Shown here piece after piece: positions 17,822 through 24,000 of a DNA stretch of 24,000 bases (positions are counted from its first letter, which is position 1; every line of letters starts with the position of its first letter). The notes under the pieces were generated by a model. That model was not told where the DNA came from. It saw only the letters and a program-made list of their open reading frames with translations, and searched no databases. Made by a program: the position numbers and the translations under genes. This DNA comes from Prolixibacteraceae bacterium (lineage in GTDB: Bacteria; Bacteroidota; Bacteroidia; Bacteroidales; Prolixibacteraceae): the NCBI GenBank assembly GCA_035271585.1, contig DATERL010000142.1, forward strand, positions 57,848 through 81,847, in the 5' to 3' direction.

Positions 17822-18691
17822 ATGATTTTTCTTTGGTTGAGTATTTTATGTTCTTCCACCATTTATGTTCTTTTTAAAACTTACAAGAACTTGAATGCCG
17901 GCTTAACCGGGATTATCATTATCAATTATTTTGTTGCATTTATTCTTGGCTTAGTAAGCAAGCCAACTCCCAATACCTTAAGTACAATAATACATTCGAA
18001 CTGGATTCCAATGGCCATGCTCATTGGCTTTTTGTTTGTGGCCATGTTTTTCCTCATCGGTATTTCAACACAAAAAAACGGCATTGGCATTACAACAATT
18101 GCCACCCGCATGTCGATGGTTATTCCCATCTTTTTTTCGATGTTCATTTTCAATGAAGAAATATCATTGTCGAAATTATTAAAAATAGGTTTAACCATAA
18201 TTGCGGTTGTATTGGCCATATACTCGCCCAAAACGAAGAACAGAAAAAACGGGCTGCTAATATTACCATTCGTACTGTTTATCGGTTCGGGAGGTGCCGA
18301 CACGCTGGTAAAAACGGCTCAGCAGCTTTTTGTGCCCGAGCACCAATTAAGCTTGTTTTCATCCTTGCTTTTCGGCACCTCATTTATTGCTTCGTTTTTC
18401 TTACTTTTTCAAAAACCCAAAAACGAAAAATTGGTTTCAGTAAACAACCTATTTGTTGGATCGATGCTTGGAGCGGTTAATTTTGGCTCATTATTTTTCA
18501 TAATGAAAGCACTAAACAACAGTGGGATGGCAAGTTCGTTGGTTTTTGGAATTAACAACCTTGCTATTGTGGGCATATCGCTCATTATTGGTTTCTTTGC
18601 TTTTAAAGAAAAGTTGAAACCTGTAAATTGGGTCGGAATAGTATTGTCAGCAATTTGTATCGTTTTACTAACTGCAAACCGATGGACATAA
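17822..18691 (+). CDS. DMT/EamA-like integral membrane transporter
   Basis: 289 aa with about 10 hydrophobic helices in two similar halves. The size and topology fit drug/metabolite transporter superfamily proteins. No diagnostic motif was recognised. Confidence 0.55.
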   Translation: MIFLWLSILCSSTIYVLFKTYKNLNAGLTGIIIINYFVAFILGLVSKPTPNTLSTIIHSNWIPMAMLIGFLFVAMFFLIGISTQKNGIGITTIATRMSMVIPIFFSMFIFNEEISLSKLLKIGLTIIAVVLAIYSPKTKNRKNGLLILPFVLFIGSGGADTLVKTAQQLFVPEHQLSLFSSLLFGTSFIASFFLLFQKPKNEKLVSVNNLFVGSMLGAVNFGSLFFIMKALNNSGMASSLVFGINNLAIVGISLIIGFFAFKEKLKPVNWVGIVLSAICIVLLTANRWT

Positions 18692-19296
18692 AAGACACAT
18701 ACCTTACAATAGATTTACCGTCGGAAGGTATATTCAAGGACAAGGGAAGCAAGTTCTTGGCCTTTGCCTATCCGCTTACCGACGAGAGTAAAGTGAAAAA
18801 TATTGTTCAAAACCTAAAAAAAGAACACCATAGCGCCCGCCACCATTGTTTCGCATTTAAAATAGGAAACCAAGGAGAACAATACCGCGCTAACGACGAT
18901 GGCGAACCTTCGGGTACAGCCGGAAGGCCAATACTTGGGCAACTTAATAGTTACAATTTAACCAACATTTTGGTAGTTGTTGTTCGTTACTTTGGAGGCA
19001 CGCTACTGGGGGTTGGTGGTTTAATAAACGCCTATAAAAATGCCACTATCGAAGCACTCGAAAACGCTTCCATTGTTGAAAAAATTATCGAAACCCATTA
19101 CCAGCTTCGCTTCGATTATCCTTTACAAAACACTGTAATGAAGGTGCTTAAAGATTTCAATACCGATATAACAAATAGCCAATTTGAGATGGATTGTCGG
19201 CTAAGCATTGCCGTGAGGCTGAGCAACGAAGAAGCAGTTATAAACATATTGAATAAAATTGATGGCCTAAGCCTATCAAAAATTGAAAAACATTAA
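18682..19296 (+). CDS. yigZ: YigZ/IMPACT (UPF0029) family protein
   Basis: The track starts at 18628 inside the upstream gene; I prefer ATG 18682 (MDIKDTYLTI), which overlaps the transporter stop by 10 nt. Family signature: HHCFAF...DDGEPSGTAGRPIL...NILVVVVRYFGGTLLGVGGL. Confidence 0.85.
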   Translation: MDIKDTYLTIDLPSEGIFKDKGSKFLAFAYPLTDESKVKNIVQNLKKEHHSARHHCFAFKIGNQGEQYRANDDGEPSGTAGRPILGQLNSYNLTNILVVVVRYFGGTLLGVGGLINAYKNATIEALENASIVEKIIETHYQLRFDYPLQNTVMKVLKDFNTDITNSQFEMDCRLSIAVRLSNEEAVINILNKIDGLSLSKIEKH

Positions 19297-19352
19297 AAAA
19301 AATTGAAAAAAAAACACAATATAAATAACTAAAGTTTTATATTTATACTTTA

Positions 19353-19451
19353 ATGAAAAGCAAGAAAACAAATCAAAACAGGGTGTACAGAAACGAACAA
19401 TATAACAGCTGTAACATTCAATATATAAAAGCGATAGCAATTAACCAGTAG
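19353..19451 (+). CDS. Candidate 32-aa pyrBI leader peptide (not in the ORF track)
   Basis: ATG at 19353, TAG at 19449-19451. Product: [32 protein letters not shown]. The stop codon lies inside the 5' arm of the hairpin at 19443-19466. No conservation evidence is available. Confidence 0.25.
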   Translation: MKSKKTNQNRVYRNEQYNSCNIQYIKAIAINQ

Positions 19452-19473
19452 ATTTTTCTATTGGTTTTTTTTT
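19443..19473 (+). promoter_or_regulatory. Intrinsic-terminator-like hairpin plus U-tract 41 nt upstream of pyrB (candidate attenuator)
   Basis: AACCAGTAGA (19443-19452), TTTT loop, TCTATTGGTT (19457-19466). This forms a 10-bp stem with one G-U pair, followed by seven T (19467-19473). It is 147 nt downstream of the yigZ stop and 41 nt upstream of the pyrB ATG at 19514. Confidence 0.5.
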
Positions 19474-19513
19474 GAATAAAATATTAATCAACAACCCAAT
19501 AAATATACAAAAT

Positions 19514-20425
19514 ATGCATCCAGGAAGTTTAATATCGATTACCGATTTCAGCAAAGATAAATACTTACGCATAATGGAATTGGCCGCTGAATTCGAACAA
19601 AACCCTAATCAAAAACTGCTCCACAACAAGGTAGTTGCATCGTTGTTTTTTGAACCATCGACCCGAACAAGGTTAAGCTTCGAAACAGCCATATCGCGTA
19701 TGGGCGGTCAAATAATTGGGTTCAGCGATTCATCGTCGTCGAGCGTTACCAAGGGCGAAACCCTTCACGACACCATTCGAATGGTAAGCAACTACGCCGA
19801 CCTTATTGTGATGCGCCATCCACTTGAAGGCAGCGCACGTTATGCCAGCCAAATTTCAAATGTACCTGTTATAAATGCCGGCGATGGTGCCAACCAGCAC
19901 CCTTCTCAAACCTTACTCGACATGTATTCAATTATGAAAACACAGGGTAGGCTCGACAATATCAATATATTTTTAGTTGGCGATTTGAAATATGGACGAA
20001 CAGTGCATTCACTTATACAGGCTTTATCAGTTTTCGAAAATCCAATTTTCAACTTTATTGCCCCACCAGAACTGGCCATGCCCATCGAATACAAAAAATT
20101 TCTCGATGACCTGGGAATAAGGTATTTTGAACACACCGAATTTACCGACATTATTAGCGAAGCCGATATTATTTACATGACCCGCGTACAAAAAGAACGT
20201 TTTACCGACCCCATTGAATACGAAAAAGTGAAAAACGTTTACATACTAAAAAACAAAATGTTGGCAAACACCAAATCAACCATGAAAATTTTACACCCGC
20301 TGCCCCGCATTAACGAAATACATACCGATGTTGACAGCAATCCGAAAGCATACTATTTCGAGCAGGCTCTGAATGGGGTGTTTACGCGTCAGGCAATCAT
20401 TTCACACATTATGAAAATTAAATAA
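19514..20425 (+). CDS. pyrB: Aspartate carbamoyltransferase catalytic subunit
   Basis: The track starts at TTG 19472, which lies inside the T-tract; I prefer ATG 19514 ([12 protein letters not shown]). Carbamoyl-phosphate motif [13 protein letters not shown]. Also present: [22 protein letters not shown]. Confidence 0.94.
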   Translation: MHPGSLISITDFSKDKYLRIMELAAEFEQNPNQKLLHNKVVASLFFEPSTRTRLSFETAISRMGGQIIGFSDSSSSSVTKGETLHDTIRMVSNYADLIVMRHPLEGSARYASQISNVPVINAGDGANQHPSQTLLDMYSIMKTQGRLDNINIFLVGDLKYGRTVHSLIQALSVFENPIFNFIAPPELAMPIEYKKFLDDLGIRYFEHTEFTDIISEADIIYMTRVQKERFTDPIEYEKVKNVYILKNKMLANTKSTMKILHPLPRINEIHTDVDSNPKAYYFEQALNGVFTRQAIISHIMKIK

Positions 20426-20435
20426 ATTTGAAGTC

Positions 20436-20888
20436 ATGGATAAAGCATTACAAGTAAGCGCCATTAAAGAGGGAACTGTAATTGACCATATACCGGCAAG
20501 CCGCCTTTTCGAAGTTATTAACATTTTAGACCTTCAAAACTGCCACGAAATGATTACTTTCGGTACCAATCTTGGCAGTAAAAAACTTGGAAAAAAGGCC
20601 ATTATCAAGGTATCGAACCGTTTTTTCAAGGAAAAAGAAATTGATAAAATTGCACTCATTGCACCTAATGCAAAATTAAACACCATAAGGAATTTCGAGG
20701 TGGTGGAAAAGCGTGTGGTGGAAATACCCAACGAAATCATCGGAATTGTGAAATGTTTCAATCCTAAATGCATTACCAATCACGAAAAGATAGAAACAAG
20801 GTTCACTGTAATTTCAAAAGAACACATTGAGTTGAAATGCAGGTTTTGCGAAAAAATAACCGACGAAGAACACGTTGTAATTAATTGA
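20436..20888 (+). CDS. pyrI: Aspartate carbamoyltransferase regulatory subunit
   Basis: 150 aa, starting 10 nt after pyrB. It has LQVSAIKEGTVIDHI and a zinc domain with four Cys (CFNPKC...CRFCEK). Confidence 0.94.
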   Translation: MDKALQVSAIKEGTVIDHIPASRLFEVINILDLQNCHEMITFGTNLGSKKLGKKAIIKVSNRFFKEKEIDKIALIAPNAKLNTIRNFEVVEKRVVEIPNEIIGIVKCFNPKCITNHEKIETRFTVISKEHIELKCRFCEKITDEEHVVIN

Positions 20889-20911
20889 TCTTAACCCGCT
20901 TAACTATCACA

Positions 20912-21364
20912 ATGGACCAAAATGCTATTATTTCGAAAATAGAACAGCTTACCCGTAATTTAAGCAACAAGAATGAAATATTGCTCGAAACCTGTAAGAT
21001 TCTACAAAACGAAGTCGCTCATTACGACTGGGTAGGATTTTACATGCTCGATGAAACTGAAAAAATGCTATTACTGGGTCCCTATGTTGGAAAAACAACC
21101 GAACACACCCTAATTCCAATTGGCAAAGGGGTTTGTGGACAAGTTGCCGAAAACAAAAAAACCATGATTGTTCAGGATGTTTCAAAAATGGAAAACTACA
21201 TAGCTTGTAGCCTCGAAGTACAATCAGAAATTGTAATCCCCATATTGAAAAACGGGAACTTTGTTGCCGAAATAGATATCGACTCTCATGCCTTTGCTCC
21301 ATTTGGGAACAATGACCAACATTTGCTCGAAAAAGTGGCCAATATACTGAGCCAACTCTTTTAA
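20912..21364 (+). CDS. GAF-domain protein, free methionine-(R)-sulfoxide reductase (MsrC/YebR)-like
   Basis: The track starts at TTG 20885; I prefer ATG 20912 (MDQNAIISKIEQ). WVGFYM...GKGVCGQVAENKKTMIVQDV....YIACSLEVQSEIVIPILKNGNFVAEIDIDS parallels the YebR pattern (GKGVCG...IAC...SEIV.P....G.LDIDS). Confidence 0.72.
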   Translation: MDQNAIISKIEQLTRNLSNKNEILLETCKILQNEVAHYDWVGFYMLDETEKMLLLGPYVGKTTEHTLIPIGKGVCGQVAENKKTMIVQDVSKMENYIACSLEVQSEIVIPILKNGNFVAEIDIDSHAFAPFGNNDQHLLEKVANILSQLF

Positions 21365-21466
21365 CCTGGATTGGGACTAAATTTTTAATGCAAGTCGGCT
21401 ATAAGCTTTCTTAATAATTAGTTTTTTGTTATATTCGGCTAATTATTTATTTACAATAAAATTGCT

Positions 21467-23578
21467 ATGCCAAACAAAGAGGGGTTATATACTGCTATTT
21501 TCATCTTGTTGAGCATTATAACTTCCTTTGCCAATCAGCCCATTGTCGATTCCATACAAAACTACTCTTCAAAAGAAATAATTAAGAAAGCGACCTTACT
21601 GGTTCAAAAAATGGAACTCGAAACAGCTCAACAACTGCTCGAGGAAAGCATTGAAAACACATCACAAAAAACCAACGAGCACGATTGGGCTGTTATGAAC
21701 TACCTTTTAGCCGACTGCTACTATTTTAACCACAACCACGAAAAGGCAAAATTAATTTACCACAACATTGAAAAATCGTTCGAAAACTTAAACGACACAC
21801 TTTACCTGTTGCGTACCAGAGGTAGTTTGGGGGTACTTTACTGTTACGAAAACGACAACGTTAAAACCCTCGACTATAACATCAAAATTATCGCAACTAT
21901 AAATCAGATAAAAAACCCTACACCCGATATTATTGAACAAAAAAAGAATGCTCTTTCGAACATGATTAATTTGTATAACAACACGAACGAGTTTGAAAAA
22001 TCACTCCAGATTGCCCCCGAAGCTTTAGCACTTGCCGCACAACTTAACGATTCAATTAACTTGGGTAGTATACACAACTCAATTGGGGTTGCTTACAAAA
22101 GAATGAAGCAATTAGACAAAGCATTATCTGAATATAACAAAGCCCGTGACATTTACCTTAAATTAAATGATCAATTCAGGTACTCATTCATTCTAAATAA
22201 TATGGGTGGCTTATATGTCGAAATACACCAGCCCGACTCTGCTCTACACTCATATACACTTGCACTTCAAGGCTTTGAAAAGGAGGAATTTGATGAGGGG
22301 ATTGCACATGCTAAATTGGGGATGGCTTCAATTTATAATCAATTGGGGCACACACACCAGGCGCGCGAGCTCTACAAATCGACTATTGAAATCACTCAAA
22401 GGAATCACTTTAACGAACTACTGCTTCAAGCTTTCACTGAGCTATCAAATCTTGAATATCAAAACAATAACTACAAGGAAGCTTTCGAAATTCAAAAAGA
22501 ATACGACAGTTTAAATGACAGTTTATTCAATATCGAAAAAGAAATTGAATATAAAAAGCTTAAAACACAGTATGAAGTTAGCTTAATGGAAAACGAACTC
22601 TCAAACTTAAAAAACGAGAGTTTTCTTTACGAATCAAGGATTAAAGTGAAAATAAAACAGATACAAGCAGCCTCAACCATTATTATTTTTCTGGTGATAT
22701 TAGTTTACATCGTTTATATTTTTTACAAACAAAAATACAAAGCCAACATTACCTTGTTGAAAAAGAACAATCAAATAGCCCAACAAAATATTCAGTTGAA
22801 AAAAATGAACGACGATATCGAATGTATCAACGATCAACTTCAGCGATCGAGGCATCAACTCATTTTATCGAACAATTCAAAAAGTCGATTTTTCTCGGTA
22901 CTTGCCCACGATTTAAAAAATCCCTTTCACAACATTATGGGATATTCCAATTTATTATCGAGTCAGTTCAATAATTTAAATAACAACGAGATAAAGGATT
23001 ATGCCCATTCGATATACAACTCGAGTGTGGCATTAAACAGCTTGCTCGAAAACCTGTTAGAATGGAGTCGTACCCAAACCAACAACATCAAATTCAACCC
23101 AACATTTGTTGATATTAACCAAACGGTAAACAACGTACTTGCCCTATTGCTACCGAATGCTAGCGAAAAAAATATTACCATTGAAAAGAACATAGCCGAA
23201 GGCTTACAAATAACAGCCGACCAAGCCATGCTCGAAACCATTTTCAGAAATCTAATCAACAATGGAATTAAGTTCACACCCAAAGGTGGTAAAATCGATA
23301 TTTCGGCCTGCATAAGCCCACTCCAATTCGAAGCAACGATAAGCGATAATGGCGTAGGAATTAACAAAAAAGAGATTTCGAAAATTTTCAGAATTGATTC
23401 CAAGCTAAAAACGGCAGGCACCAACAATGAGAAAGGCACGGGATTAGGACTGGTAATATGCAGTGAATTTATAAAATATCACAGCGGCGAAATATGGGTA
23501 AAAAGCAAACAAGGCAATGGTTCATCATTTCATTTTACCATTCCGAACAATATCCCTAAAACAAAAGAAATGAGCTAA
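21467..23578 (+). CDS. TPR-repeat sensor histidine kinase (periplasmic TPR sensor, single internal TM, HisKA + HATPase_c)
   Basis: 703 aa. An N-terminal hydrophobic anchor is followed by about 350 aa of TPR-like repeats, a coiled coil and a TM helix (IIIFLVILVYIVYIFY). H-box FFSVLAHDLKNP, N-box FRNLINNGIKFTP, G1 SDNGVGI, G2 GTGLGL. No receiver domain, and no response regulator in the window. Confidence 0.9.
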   Translation: MPNKEGLYTAIFILLSIITSFANQPIVDSIQNYSSKEIIKKATLLVQKMELETAQQLLEESIENTSQKTNEHDWAVMNYLLADCYYFNHNHEKAKLIYHNIEKSFENLNDTLYLLRTRGSLGVLYCYENDNVKTLDYNIKIIATINQIKNPTPDIIEQKKNALSNMINLYNNTNEFEKSLQIAPEALALAAQLNDSINLGSIHNSIGVAYKRMKQLDKALSEYNKARDIYLKLNDQFRYSFILNNMGGLYVEIHQPDSALHSYTLALQGFEKEEFDEGIAHAKLGMASIYNQLGHTHQARELYKSTIEITQRNHFNELLLQAFTELSNLEYQNNNYKEAFEIQKEYDSLNDSLFNIEKEIEYKKLKTQYEVSLMENELSNLKNESFLYESRIKVKIKQIQAASTIIIFLVILVYIVYIFYKQKYKANITLLKKNNQIAQQNIQLKKMNDDIECINDQLQRSRHQLILSNNSKSRFFSVLAHDLKNPFHNIMGYSNLLSSQFNNLNNNEIKDYAHSIYNSSVALNSLLENLLEWSRTQTNNIKFNPTFVDINQTVNNVLALLLPNASEKNITIEKNIAEGLQITADQAMLETIFRNLINNGIKFTPKGGKIDISACISPLQFEATISDNGVGINKKEISKIFRIDSKLKTAGTNNEKGTGLGLVICSEFIKYHSGEIWVKSKQGNGSSFHFTIPNNIPKTKEMS

Positions 23579-23778
23579 ACCGAAACATCGGAATTAGGTT
23601 TCGTGCTTTTCATTTTTTGTATAGGTTTTACTACAATTTCATGTTTACAATGGTAACATATATATATTTCGCACGATGTACAAGCGAAACAATTAGAACA
23701 TGAACGCTGTAAATCATCTTTTGAGAATTCGCTTCCGCAATTTCCACATTTAATTTTATCGTAATAATCAATCGCCAT
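23575..23778 (-). CDS. Small cysteine-rich protein with four CxxC pairs (double zinc-ribbon-like), unknown function
   Basis: 67 aa with ATG start. Cys at 11/14, 27/30, 33/36 and 41/44 (CGNC, CSNC, CTSC, CYHC), plus a basic C-terminal tail. Its stop overlaps the convergent kinase stop by 4 nt. Confidence 0.5.
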   Translation of the reverse strand: MAIDYYDKIKCGNCGSEFSKDDLQRSCSNCFACTSCEIYICYHCKHEIVVKPIQKMKSTKPNSDVSV

Positions 23779-23823
23779 AAGTGATCATTTTATGTCAGAA
23801 AATGTTATTCAACGCACATTCAA

Positions 23824-24000
23824 TTATAAATATTTAATCAATTCAATTTTCGAAAGACTTAAATTATCCTGGAATTCAAATCCCATAACCTGAAAACCGT
23901 TTCTAAGAGCAAAATGCAACATATCAACATGTTGGTTCAAGGTTTTAAACCGAATCGAAAAAAAGAATTTCTCACGGGCACGTGATTCCATAACCTCAAG
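23824..24000 (-). CDS. 3' end of an ORF running off the window edge, function unknown
   Basis: The minus-strand frame is open from 24000 to TAA at 23824-23826 (58 aa). Sequence: ...LEVMESRAREKFFFSIRFKTLNQHVDMLHFALRNGFQVMGFEFQDNLSLSKIELIKYL. It is co-oriented with the Cys-rich gene 45 nt downstream. It is too short to assign; it has a faint acetyltransferase-like C-terminal flavour only. Confidence 0.3.
   Translation of the reverse strand, partial: LEVMESRAREKFFFSIRFKTLNQHVDMLHFALRNGFQVMGFEFQDNLSLSKIELIKYL

Noticed and set aside
293-23439. About 27 shorter ORFs from the track (60-146 aa) lie inside, and mostly antisense to, the long genes. Examples: 293-523, 805-1026, 3600-3806, 3788-4063, 8143-8349, 8461-8697, 8687-8932, 8845-9033, 9689-9889, 10176-10397, 10949-11185, 12624-12824, 13267-13449, 14797-15090, 15256-15474, 15317-15499, 16834-17022, 17257-17490, 17683-17877, 19906-20151, 20534-20779, 22206-22514.
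   Set aside because: Each is fully or largely nested within a longer ORF that has clear family signatures. Their translations are low-complexity or hydrophobic shadow-frame sequences with no recognisable motifs.
22999-23439. A 146-aa antisense ORF inside the histidine kinase catalytic domain. Similar long antisense ORFs occur at 17926-18303 (125 aa), 20949-21302 (117 aa), 12589-12924 (111 aa) and 5707-6036 (109 aa).
   Set aside because: These are unusually long for AT-rich DNA, so I looked twice. All sit opposite strongly supported genes and are Leu/Ser/Phe-rich, as expected from the complementary codon frame. They have no upstream intergenic space or promoter context. Only conservation or ribosome-profiling data could rescue them.
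1-24000. Searched by eye for CRISPR repeats, tRNA/rRNA-like GC-rich structured segments, transposase/integrase/recombinase genes, long terminal inverted repeats, and toxin-antitoxin or restriction-type gene pairs.
   Set aside because: None was found. There are no regularly spaced direct repeats, no cloverleaf-like GC-rich islands, and every long ORF has a non-mobile assignment. The window looks like core chromosome rather than an island.

Overview
AT-rich chromosomal segment that looks like a Bacteroidota genome: many lipoprotein and Sec signals, a TPR sensor kinase, a SPOR-domain amidase, a long LptD-like outer-membrane protein, TAnnTTTG-type promoter motifs and little Shine-Dalgarno signal. 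It covers the dnaA neighbourhood. I support about 21 real protein-coding genes plus a few short candidate ORFs. I see no rRNA, tRNA, CRISPR array, transposase, integrase or phage genes. Most of the window is housekeeping. This includes an OmpA/PD40 envelope protein, an LptD-like protein, an amidase, dnaA preceded by a 640-bp very AT-rich non-coding region, a DMT-type transporter, yigZ, pyrBI, an MsrC-like GAF protein and an orphan TPR histidine kinase. The accessory-looking part is 2.1-11.4 kb. It holds a glycosidase-like lipoprotein, a TonB-C-domain protein, a carbamoyltransferase + DUF5989 + SxtJ-like operon, and a four-gene operon built around RimK with two hydrolases and an exported SGNH esterase. 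I do not see a clear novel defence-type system. The best second-look candidates are the RimK writer/eraser cassette, the membrane-associated carbamoyltransferase trio, and a previously unannotated leader-peptide/terminator arrangement upstream of pyrBI. All family assignments come from motif recognition by eye; no searches were run.
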